A DNA stretch of 64,000 nt from Parcubacteria group bacterium (GTDB lineage: Bacteria; Patescibacteriota; Minisyncoccia; Moranbacterales; GCA-2747515). Of the stretch, positions 10,305-18,448 are shown in pieces (the first letter of the stretch is position 1; each line of letters begins with the position of its first letter). The stretch covers positions 72,535-136,534 of the forward strand of contig JBAZXC010000001.1 of the NCBI GenBank assembly GCA_041660065.1, in the 5' to 3' direction. The notes beneath the pieces are model-generated. The model did no database searches. It was not told where the DNA came from and saw only the letters and a list, made by a program, of their open reading frames with translations. Position numbers and translations under genes: made by a program.

Positions 10305-10877
10305 ATGATTTTTTTAGAAAAAGGCGAGATTTTGAAAAATAGAGAGTTCTATATTAATGAAATAAAGAATGGCAAGGTTTTTATATATCCTACTGATACG
10401 TTGTTAGGACTTGGGGCTGATGCTACAAATAAGAAAAGTGTGCAGAGGATTTTTTCTATCAAAAATCGCCGGAAAAAACCATTACTTGTTATTGCGCCGT
10501 CATTTCAGTGGATCAAAGATTCCTGTGTTATTTCATCATCCAATCTTTTGATGTTGAAAGAAAAACTTCCTGGGCCATATTCTTTTATTTTGACACTGAA
10601 AAATAATAATGCTATTGATGCGTTGGTAAACGCTGGGAAAGATAGTATAGGGATCAGGATGCCGGACTGTTGGTTTACGGATCTCGTTTGTCAATCAGGT
10701 GTTCCGTTCGTGACAACTTCTGTAAATGTATCCGGACAAGTTTCCATGCTAAAAATAGCTGATATTCCACAGTCTATGGTGGATCAGGTTGATTATGTAG
10801 TTGATGATGAAGCATCATTAAGCGGGGTGGCTAGTACGATCATTGATATAAGAGGAGAGGAAAAAGTGTTGCGCTAA
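10305..10877 (+). CDS. Sua5/YrdC (TsaC) threonylcarbamoyl-AMP synthase family
   Basis: 'YPTDTLLGLG', 'IKNR...KPL', 'PGPYSFIL', 'GIRMP', 'TTSVNVSG', 'STIID'. Confidence 0.85.
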   Translation: MIFLEKGEILKNREFYINEIKNGKVFIYPTDTLLGLGADATNKKSVQRIFSIKNRRKKPLLVIAPSFQWIKDSCVISSSNLLMLKEKLPGPYSFILTLKNNNAIDALVNAGKDSIGIRMPDCWFTDLVCQSGVPFVTTSVNVSGQVSMLKIADIPQSMVDQVDYVVDDEASLSGVASTIIDIRGEEKVLR

Positions 10878-10975
10878 GTTAGTCCAATATAGTACAAAAA
10901 AATAATATAGAAATGTTAAAAAATTGGAATGCAAAATGTGCTATAATACAAACATAATTTTTTCTTGAAACATCT

Positions 10976-11257
10976 ATGCAGATCAAAGAATTATTGAATC
11001 AAGGGCGTGATATATGGGGTGATCAAAAATTAACACTTTCGCAGGTCATTGTGCGTATGGGCAAAGTTTTTGGTGATCTGTGTCGATGGGAGCGTAATGC
11101 TAGTAAAGATCGGCAAATGCATACGGATGAAGAAATCAAAAAAGAACTTGGCAATATCATCTTTTCAACTATTCGCTGGTGTGACGATCTGGGATACGAT
11201 CCGGAAGAATGTGTGCAGATCGCAATCGATTGTCAGAAGAAATTTCCTAAATTATAA
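10976..11257 (+). CDS. MazG-like protein (divergent)
   Basis: 'GKVFGDLCRWER...KKELGNIIFSTIRWCDDLG' all-alpha NTP-PPase-like pattern; the acidic motif is degenerate. Confidence 0.5.
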   Translation: MQIKELLNQGRDIWGDQKLTLSQVIVRMGKVFGDLCRWERNASKDRQMHTDEEIKKELGNIIFSTIRWCDDLGYDPEECVQIAIDCQKKFPKL

Positions 11258-11275
11258 TAGACCATTTAATTTCTA

Positions 11276-11347
11276 TGTCATCCTGAACTTGTTTCAGGAT
11301 CTCGCAATTATATCTTGTATAGATGCTGAAACAAGTTCAGCATGACA
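11276..11347. repeat. Inverted REP-like doublet (TGTCATCCTGAACTTGTTTCAGGATCT...AGATGCTGAAACAAGTTCAGCATGACA)
   Basis: Two 27-bp internally palindromic units in inverted orientation, with GTCA/TGAC ends. Confidence 0.85.
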
Positions 11348-11421
11348 AAATCCTGTTTCAACTATTTCTTGAGTAAAAAGAAAAAATGACATTTATATTA
11401 CCTAACTATTAAGTGGTTACT

Positions 11422-11877
11422 ATGAAACATCGTATTCGTGCTGCAGCGATCATTATAGATGAAGAAAAGATCTTACTCATAAAACATGTACATCCCGTGA
11501 CTCAATTTACCTGGTGGGTCCCGCCAGGTGGCGGTGTTGAATTGGAAGACGCATCAATTATTGATTGTGTGAAACGTGAAGTATTTGAAGAAACAGGATT
11601 GCAAGTGGATGTAGAATCAGATCTCAGATTTATACGAGAATTTTTTGATAAGACGTATGATACGCTCAATATAGAAATCTTTTTTGACGCACGCGTCGTC
11701 GGTGGCAATTTATCGATGGAACATATCGCAGGAAATGGCGTTGATGAAGACTTTATCAAGGATGTAAAATGGTGCACGATCGCAGATTTGCAAAACGTCA
11801 TTGTTTATCCCGAAATTCTCAAAGACAATTTTGGCAGAAATGCAAAAAATATTTATCTTGGCAGACAAAGGGGTTAG
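11422..11877 (+). CDS. NUDIX hydrolase
   Basis: 'WVPPGGGVE...REVFEETGL' Nudix box. Confidence 0.9.
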   Translation: MKHRIRAAAIIIDEEKILLIKHVHPVTQFTWWVPPGGGVELEDASIIDCVKREVFEETGLQVDVESDLRFIREFFDKTYDTLNIEIFFDARVVGGNLSMEHIAGNGVDEDFIKDVKWCTIADLQNVIVYPEILKDNFGRNAKNIYLGRQRG

Positions 11878-11903
11878 CTTTTTTAGGGAGAGAGGTGTGA
11901 ATA

Positions 11904-13079
11904 TTATTGATTGATCTGCAGTTTGATCGATTTTGCGTAGTCGAGAAGGTGTGAAGAGAATGTTGCTGTCGTGGCATTCTTTTTTTTGTGTTTGTCCAGA
12001 GCGAGGTTGATGAGTTTTTGCAATAGCGTGTGAATATCTGTACCGCTTGCTTTCCATAAATGATGATACAATGTGCCGGGCATCGTGTTGATCTCATTTG
12101 CATACAATGTCGCATTTTTTTTGTCGTAGAGAAAATCAACGCGTGCGATGCCACTACATCCGAATAGTTTGTAAATTTCTACAGCCATATCTTGTACGGT
12201 TTTGGTCGTTTGCTTGTCGATGCGCGCAGGGATCACGATACTGCTTTGATCGTTGCCGAGCTGTGCGCCACCGTTTTCGAGATATTTTGCTTCATAACTG
12301 AAGTGTTCTCCGGCAAATGTGGATTCTTGTACGAGAGAGGGAACTGGTTGTGCATTTCCGAGAACCGCACAGGTGATATCCATGAGATTTTCCACGCTTT
12401 CCTCCACAATGATGCGTGTGTCATAATGTAGTGCGACTTCGCATGCATTGAGCAATTCTGCATCATCATGTGCTTTTGCAATACCGATGGACGAGCCAAG
12501 TCGTGCGGGCTTGATAAATACCGGCCAGTGTAAATTTTTGATCTGTGCAAGCACGTGATCTCTGTCGGCGTCCCAATCATCCTGTGTAAAATATGTAAAT
12601 GCTGTTGTGGGGATCTGTGCGCTTTTGTAGAGTTGCTTGGTGATGATCTTGTCCATGGTCATCGCGGAACTTGCGACATCGCAGCCGACGTAGGGGACAT
12701 TGCTCAATTCAAAGAGGCCTTGGATCGTGCCGTCCTCGCCATTCATGCCGTGAAAAGCCGGAAAGGCCAGATCAATGACTGTTTCTTTGGAGAAAAGACT
12801 TTTGGTTTTGATGATTAGGGTATTGTTCTTTGCATTGCAGAGAATCTCGCATGGAGGCATGTTTTTCAGCGTATCGGTAAAATCTTTCTGCGTAAAAAAT
12901 TTGAGCGAACCGATATCGTCATGAGAAAACCATGTGCCGTCCTTGTCTATATAGACAGGCACGACAGTATAGTTGAGTTTTTTGAGTTCGGCAATGATCA
13001 TTTGCCCGGTGATGATGGATACATCATGCTCGGGGTTTCTACTGCCAAAAAATACGCCAATTGTTAAATTTTGAGACAT
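11904..13079 (-). CDS. ddl: D-alanine--D-alanine ligase family protein
   Basis: 'EHDVS', 'HGMNGEDGTIQG', 'KPARLGSSIG', 'YEAKY', 'ARVDF', 'NEINTMPG'. Confidence 0.9.
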   Translation of the reverse strand: MSQNLTIGVFFGSRNPEHDVSIITGQMIIAELKKLNYTVVPVYIDKDGTWFSHDDIGSLKFFTQKDFTDTLKNMPPCEILCNAKNNTLIIKTKSLFSKETVIDLAFPAFHGMNGEDGTIQGLFELSNVPYVGCDVASSAMTMDKIITKQLYKSAQIPTTAFTYFTQDDWDADRDHVLAQIKNLHWPVFIKPARLGSSIGIAKAHDDAELLNACEVALHYDTRIIVEESVENLMDITCAVLGNAQPVPSLVQESTFAGEHFSYEAKYLENGGAQLGNDQSSIVIPARIDKQTTKTVQDMAVEIYKLFGCSGIARVDFLYDKKNATLYANEINTMPGTLYHHLWKASGTDIHTLLQKLINLALDKHKKKNATTATFSSHLLDYAKSIKLQINQ

Positions 13080-13090
13080 AGTGTGTATGA

Positions 13091-14455
13091 TTAAAAATAA
13101 TTATCAGTGAGGTCATTTTGAAAAATGATCGTGTCGCCACGACGGAGCACATTTTGCAGGTCATCGTGGGCGGCCTGTGTTGTGGGATATATTTTGTAAT
13201 TTGTAAATCCGTTTTTTTTCAAACTGTCGATGATGTATTGTGTTGCTGTGTTTTCGATCAGCAGTACGAGGTCGACATTTTTTGCATAAAGCTCTCCAAT
13301 AGTATTATGCACTGTTTTGGCATACGAGCCAAGCTCGACAAGTCCCGGCGTCAACACCACTTTTCTCCCAGTTGCTCTGCCCAAAACAGCAATTCCGCTC
13401 TGGATGCCATTGATATTTCCATTGTAACTGTCATCGATAACCATGATATCGGTTGTGGTGTTGTGGATCGGTTGCAATCTGTGAGGAATGTGTTCGATCT
13501 TGGATACACCGCGTTGCATATCTTCGAGTGATAGTGAGAGTTCTTGCGCGAGATGGAGGCATAAAAGGATCAACGTGACGTTGTGTTCTGCGAGGAGGAT
13601 TGTGTGAAATGGCGTACCATGCCACGAGAAATTCCAACCGCCAAAGTTTTCTTTTGCGCAAATGTTTTGTGCTTCTGTAAGGGAAACGGTGAGAGTATTT
13701 TTGAGAGAAAAGCGTTGAACGTTTTGTTTTATGATCGCATCATCAATGTTTAGCACGGAGAGACCGCTCGTGTTTTGTGGTAACTCGAATTTCGTTTGAG
13801 TGATCTTTTCGATACTGCCAAATCGTTCGATGTGGGATTGATTGATGCCGGTGAGAATAGAATATTGCGGTTGGACTATGTGGCAGATCGTCGCAATTTC
13901 TCCAGTGTGATGCGCTCCCATCTCGATGACAAACACATCGTATTTTGCGAGAGCGTCTTTGTTTTTTATGATAAAGTCGGCAATCCCGATGTCGGTATTG
14001 ATATTTTCCGGTGTTTTCAATACGGTGTATTTTTCTGCAAGGATCGTTGATAGAATTTCTTTTGTGCTGGTTTTGCCATAGCTTCCTGTGATGCCGATCG
14101 TGATGAGATTGCTTCGTGCAATGATGCGCTTTGCCTTGTTTTTTCTTGCATATTTCACTAGTGTGTCACATGGCTTCATGACAAAAAGTGCCATGCAAAG
14201 AATGATCGGCAGTATGATGATGAGAATGGGGAGGATAAAAAGCCATTGCAGTGCGTAAATGTATAGTGGCATGATGAATACACCCCAAAAGAGCATGACT
14301 GTTATGATCCACAAAACAGAGGCTTTTGTCGTCCAAACGATTTTTTGTCTTTTTTCCAACTGCCACCACAATGGATGTGTGTATGCAAAATTCAAAAACC
14401 GCTTACAGTCGTAGTTTTCGCTTTGGAGGATGTAAATGAGGTTTTTGAGGATCAT
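13091..14455 (-). CDS. murF: MurF-type Mur ligase with N-terminal TM helices
   Basis: 'GITGSYGKTSTK', 'EMGA', 'IDDSYNGN', 'TPGLVELG', 'NDLTDNY'. Confidence 0.8.
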   Translation of the reverse strand: MILKNLIYILQSENYDCKRFLNFAYTHPLWWQLEKRQKIVWTTKASVLWIITVMLFWGVFIMPLYIYALQWLFILPILIIILPIILCMALFVMKPCDTLVKYARKNKAKRIIARSNLITIGITGSYGKTSTKEILSTILAEKYTVLKTPENINTDIGIADFIIKNKDALAKYDVFVIEMGAHHTGEIATICHIVQPQYSILTGINQSHIERFGSIEKITQTKFELPQNTSGLSVLNIDDAIIKQNVQRFSLKNTLTVSLTEAQNICAKENFGGWNFSWHGTPFHTILLAEHNVTLILLCLHLAQELSLSLEDMQRGVSKIEHIPHRLQPIHNTTTDIMVIDDSYNGNINGIQSGIAVLGRATGRKVVLTPGLVELGSYAKTVHNTIGELYAKNVDLVLLIENTATQYIIDSLKKNGFTNYKIYPTTQAAHDDLQNVLRRGDTIIFQNDLTDNYF

Positions 14456-15213
14456 ACAATTGCAGTTAAAAATAGATCGTCAAAAGCGTCAGAATTGTCG
14501 ATAAACACATAATGCCCTGCATGAGGAATGACGTGCAATTGAGAATTTTTGATCAGTCGCTCCATCAATTTGCCGTTTTCGAGCGGTGTTTCCGTGTCAT
14601 TTTCTCCCCAGATCAGCACTGTGGGTACAGTGATCTTTTGCAGGCGTTGTGTCAGGTCGTCAGTAATAATTTTTTGATATGTTTCGGTCAGTACGCCTGC
14701 GTGCAGATAATCCTCGGAGTCAATTTTTTTGTAAAACCATTTTCTCACGGAGTTTCTTAGTGTGCGCATACCCGGCAATGCAAATGGGATCTTGAAAATT
14801 TTTGCGATGATATAGAATCCGTATTTTTTTATATTTTTTTTGCGGATGCCGGCACTGCCGATCAAGATCAGCTTCTTGACGAGATTGCCGCGCGCGCAGT
14901 AGACGATGCCGATACTGCCGCCAAAAGAATGTCCGGCGATGATGGGATTTGTGATCTGCAATTTCTCTATGAAATGTGCAACAAAATCGACATAGTCATC
15001 CAGCGACCATGCTGTGGATGGCGTGTCACTCTCGCCAAATCCCGGCAGATCGACTGCGATCGCATTGGGACATTTTTGGAGCGTCTTGGCGAAGTGTGAT
15101 GCTTGTGATTGCCACCCATGGAGAAAGAGCAATGTATCTTGCGGATCAAAGTTTTCTGTGTGATAGTAGGTTGCACACATACCATTAATGATGATTTGTC
15201 GCTTGTTAAGCAT
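14452..15213 (-). CDS. Alpha/beta hydrolase
   Basis: 'LHGW', 'DLPGFG', 'GHSFGG', 'WGEND', 'AGHY'; overlaps the murF start (ATGA). Confidence 0.9.
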   Translation of the reverse strand: MLNKRQIIINGMCATYYHTENFDPQDTLLFLHGWQSQASHFAKTLQKCPNAIAVDLPGFGESDTPSTAWSLDDYVDFVAHFIEKLQITNPIIAGHSFGGSIGIVYCARGNLVKKLILIGSAGIRKKNIKKYGFYIIAKIFKIPFALPGMRTLRNSVRKWFYKKIDSEDYLHAGVLTETYQKIITDDLTQRLQKITVPTVLIWGENDTETPLENGKLMERLIKNSQLHVIPHAGHYVFIDNSDAFDDLFLTAIV

Positions 15214-15393
15214 GATCGTAATGATTTATAAGCTCTCTTCATGATGCCATAATTTGTTGTGCGGGTCAAAAGAAAAAAATGTAAATAATCATCTTTCTCT
15301 AAAAAACACCTTTAAGATTTCGTCGTTTTTCCTCGCAAAGACGTGTATTTTGTGAGATAGCTGATTGGCTTTTGGAAAAAAGTGAATAATTAC

Positions 15394-15430
15394 AAAAAAA
15401 TTCTCCCACAAAATGCTTTTTGTGGGAGAA
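15394..15430 (-). terminator. Intrinsic terminator of the orphan gene pair
   Basis: TTCTCCCACAAAA/TTTTGTGGGAGAA hairpin followed by a U7 tract on the minus strand. Confidence 0.7.
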
Positions 15431-15447
15431 TGTGATGAATGATCTGA

Positions 15448-15636
15448 TCATTCCGGGGAGCCGTTCGGATCATGCTTTTTGTAAAAGATTGCAATGACGA
15501 TATCTCCATCGGCGCTCCTTCTTGTCATGAGTCTCTGTGTGACATAGATTTTGTTGCCCATTTTTTTGAGCCAAATGTTGATATCTGACATAAGATTAAG
15601 CAAACTACCATTTTCAAAAATCATCATTTGTTCCAT
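15448..15636 (-). CDS. Small hypothetical protein (62 aa)
   Basis: AAAGGAG SD before ATG 15636; 'IFE...INIWL...IAIFY' pattern weakly resembles Cse60-like small proteins. Confidence 0.55.
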   Translation of the reverse strand: MEQMMIFENGSLLNLMSDINIWLKKMGNKIYVTQRLMTRRSADGDIVIAIFYKKHDPNGSPE

Positions 15637-15668
15637 GAAAGAACTCCTTTTTAGTGTTGGAAGAGTAT

Positions 15669-16073
15669 TTACATACAATCTCCGCAGAATGGTTCGAGGA
15701 TGTGCAGAGGTACCAATTCCAATGTAACGGGTTTTTCATCCGTAAGGGGATAGAGCATGGGACCAAAACAGCCGGATTGAGAAATGGTCGTAATGCATTT
15801 TGCGCCGTCTTCGTGTTCAAAATATACTGCGAGGCGATCTGTAGTATCCTCGATCCTAATTGGTCTGCATATACGCAATCCTTTTTCCAATGTACCGCTG
15901 CATACGATGAGTGATTCATTATAATCCGTGAGCATCATGAACAAATCATCCGTCTTGGGATGTTTCGCCAAGAATGCACAGATTAGTTCCGGATCCAATT
16001 CTTTTTGCAACACGTAGACCCCGTGCTCGCTCTGTGTGAGAGGGTATACTTTATTAAAAAGATCATTAGGCAT
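15669..16073 (-). CDS. Hypothetical protein (orphan)
   Basis: Strong SD TAAGGAGG; TTGACC-18-TACAGT promoter and TTCTTTAACAA boxA-like motif upstream. Confidence 0.6.
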   Translation of the reverse strand: MPNDLFNKVYPLTQSEHGVYVLQKELDPELICAFLAKHPKTDDLFMMLTDYNESLIVCSGTLEKGLRICRPIRIEDTTDRLAVYFEHEDGAKCITTISQSGCFGPMLYPLTDEKPVTLELVPLHILEPFCGDCM

Positions 16074-16185
16074 AGAGACCTCCTTATTATTGAGTGAATG
16101 GATGAGATATAACGTTGTTAAAGAATCACTGTACTGTACTACAAAACTATGGATTTGGTCAAGGTTTTTTTATATATAAAATAAA

Positions 16186-16214
16186 AGGAGCAGATTATAA
16201 ATCTGCTCCTGCAA
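16186..16214. repeat. Single GCAG-type REP hairpin
   Basis: AGGAGCAGATT-ATA-AATCTGCTCCT-GCAA; same family as the copies at 20007, 22622 and 23678. Confidence 0.75.
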
Positions 16215-16228
16215 AATTCTCTAGCCGT

Positions 16229-17728
16229 CTAATACACGATCACGCTCACCGGTTGCATCTTGGCGACGACGTGTGCGATGCCGTTTGCTTCGACGCCTTC
16301 GATGACGCGATTGATGTTTTTGTACCGTGCGGAGTCCTGGTTGACGACGATGGATGATTTGGCGTTATAGAGGCGTACGCCTTTTTCTTCCATTTTGGCA
16401 AAGAGCTCTTCTTTGTTGGTGATGGATTTTTCATTGATATTTTTGCCTTTGCCGGTTCCGTGCGGTGCGGAATAAAAACTTTCTGCATTACGGTCTGTGC
16501 CGACGCATATGTACGCATCAGTGCTCATGGACGAAGGGATAAATACCGGCTCGCCTGTGTCACGGTAGACGGGATGGTGTTGCATTTTGCTCGGACCATA
16601 GGCGCGGGATGTATTGTTGCGGTGTACCCATACGTCTTTGTCAAAGTGGTTTTCACGCGTGATCGAAATGTGAGGGAGATCATAGATGAGATCCATCTGT
16701 GGATCACGGTTGAGCGTTTTTTTGATCGTTTGGGAAATATTGTGCGCAATCACGGCACGGTTTGCCGTGCCAAAGTTTGATGCGGCGGCGCGTGCATTCA
16801 TATAAAGCTCGCCGTCAGGTCCACATGCATCATAGGTGAGCAATGATTGGTCGCCGGACATGTGTCGTGCGACTTTCTTTTGCATCTTTCGGTAGATCTC
16901 TTTTTTGGTCGAGTTGAATGTCATGCGACCGAGTGCGACCATGATCGCTTGTGAGAGATGTTCGCGTTTTTTTGCGGTGTGGGTGTACATGGTGTATTGA
17001 CCCAAGATGCCGGAACCCGTATGGATCATAAAAAGATATTGTCCTTTGGCGATGCCGAATTTTTCTGCGATTGTTGGGTCGATGATGTCGGTCACTTTCA
17101 TGAGATCGAGGAAATGATTGCCGGCGGCGCCGAGAATACCGAGGCGATATTGCGCAAAATGTAAATAGAGGCGGGGAATCGCGTCAAAAATATCTTGTGC
17201 CGTCATTTCTCTATCAAAGAAATTCCCGCCACTTTGTGTATTGGACAATTCATTTCGTGTGGTGATGCCAAAGTGATCGATCGCAACCGATGTGCCCTTG
17301 CGGCAGATGTCCACGATCGTATCAAATGGCGCATATGTGCCAACGAGTTTTTTGGTAGGGACTGTCTCAACGAGCTGTTCAAATAGCATCCGTATCTCTT
17401 CCGGTGATATATTGTCTTCGGTAAGAGATGTCTTGAGCAGGCGCATGCCACAGTTTGGGTCGGAGTCATTGACTTGTGGGAGGATATATTTATCCGATAC
17501 GATCGTTGTGCCGGAAGCGTTCTTGCGCCCGGGCTTGGAGCACACATCAGGCAGTGCGACTGTGTAACGGAAGAATATGTCTTTATTTGATGCGATGTTT
17601 TCGACTTGAATAAATGTTTGTTCTTCCGGCAAAATATCTTCGCTCATGAAAAATTGCGCCGGAACGGACATTTTTTCTGTCTTGAATTCGTGTAAATGTT
17701 CGGATTTTTTAGTGCAATGTGTTGACAT
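16229..17728 (-). CDS. rtcB: Divergent RtcB-family protein
   Basis: 'ALPDV', 'DPNCG', 'GNHF', 'HTGS', 'YDLPH', 'VHR', 'IPSSM', 'SAPHGTG', 'YKNI'. Confidence 0.8.
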   Translation of the reverse strand: MSTHCTKKSEHLHEFKTEKMSVPAQFFMSEDILPEEQTFIQVENIASNKDIFFRYTVALPDVCSKPGRKNASGTTIVSDKYILPQVNDSDPNCGMRLLKTSLTEDNISPEEIRMLFEQLVETVPTKKLVGTYAPFDTIVDICRKGTSVAIDHFGITTRNELSNTQSGGNFFDREMTAQDIFDAIPRLYLHFAQYRLGILGAAGNHFLDLMKVTDIIDPTIAEKFGIAKGQYLFMIHTGSGILGQYTMYTHTAKKREHLSQAIMVALGRMTFNSTKKEIYRKMQKKVARHMSGDQSLLTYDACGPDGELYMNARAAASNFGTANRAVIAHNISQTIKKTLNRDPQMDLIYDLPHISITRENHFDKDVWVHRNNTSRAYGPSKMQHHPVYRDTGEPVFIPSSMSTDAYICVGTDRNAESFYSAPHGTGKGKNINEKSITNKEELFAKMEEKGVRLYNAKSSIVVNQDSARYKNINRVIEGVEANGIAHVVAKMQPVSVIVY

Positions 17729-17847
17729 GATTTTAATTTTATGATAAAAATATTCATTGGCTTCTTTATGAGATTTATGGTATCACAATCATAGCGAAAA
17801 ACCAATGACAGATGATCATTTTTCACAAAATTTTATAGGAGAAATTT

Positions 17848-18174
17848 ATGAAAAAATCATTTTTTGTTCTTTTTTTCCTTCTCAACCTCTTATTCTCTCA
17901 GGTGTGCGTGGTCACGGCAGAAGAGATCCCTCTCGGTAAAACGGGGGCGTTTCAGATCAATGATGAAACGTGGCGCGTTCATTTCAAAAAAATGGAAGGC
18001 CGTGTCTGCCGTGTCGATCTGCAAAAAATCGATGGGGAGGCAGTTGTTTTTTCTGAACCTGTCACATTTGATTTTGCGAGAGAGGAACGATATATCTGGA
18101 AGTCGGGCGTCAAGCTCACGATCTTCTATGTCCAAAAAGGGGTGATCGTTCTCGTGAATGGGGAAGAAGTGTGA
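17848..18174 (+). CDS. Secreted hypothetical protein
   Basis: Signal peptide MKKSFFVLFFLLNLLFSQVCVVTA; AGGAG SD; downstream terminator. Confidence 0.65.
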   Translation: MKKSFFVLFFLLNLLFSQVCVVTAEEIPLGKTGAFQINDETWRVHFKKMEGRVCRVDLQKIDGEAVVFSEPVTFDFAREERYIWKSGVKLTIFYVQKGVIVLVNGEEV

Positions 18175-18183
18175 TGTATGAAC

Positions 18184-18223
18184 AAGAGGATGTTTTCCGG
18201 CAGTATCGGAAACATCCTCTTTT
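18184..18223 (+). terminator. Intrinsic terminator
   Basis: AAGAGGATGTTTTCCG/CGGAAACATCCTCTTTT hairpin. Confidence 0.65.
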
Positions 18224-18342
18224 AGTTTATAAAGTTGAAAGTCTGTGAAGTCCATAAAGTAGAAAGTCCATAAAGTCAAAAGTCCGTAAAGGTAAAAGTT
18301 TGTAAAGTAGAAAGTCCATAAAGTCCGTAAAGTTATAAAGTT
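18224..18342. repeat. Degenerate AAAGT tandem array (7- and 9-bp units)
   Basis: Alternating CCATAAAGT / AGAAAGT-like units. Confidence 0.8.
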
Positions 18343-18408
18343 TTTTCGCAATAGGTAAATAGGTCTTGCTTTACGCGTGGTGAAGTTGTTCGATAGACTG
18401 AAAAATTC

Positions 18409-18436
18409 TTGTCATTCCCGTGAAAACGGGAATCCA
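18409..18436. repeat. Single GTCATTCCC REP
   Basis: TTGTCATTCCCGTGAAAACGGGAATCCA; same family as the GIY-YIG-flanking repeats. Confidence 0.8.
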
Positions 18437-18448
18437 AAACCATTCTAT

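Noticed and set aside
7368-11877. Integron cassette array
   Set aside because: There is no integrase, and I could not find recurrent attC RYYYAAC...GTTRRRY boundaries; several gaps are too short.
18224-18342. Possible CRISPR array
   Set aside because: Units are 7-9 bp with no unique spacers, and there are no cas genes. No CRISPR was seen in the window.
17890-18351. Minus-strand ORF with repeated 'LWTFYF'
   Set aside because: It is a translation of the AAAGT array and overlaps a better-supported + strand gene.
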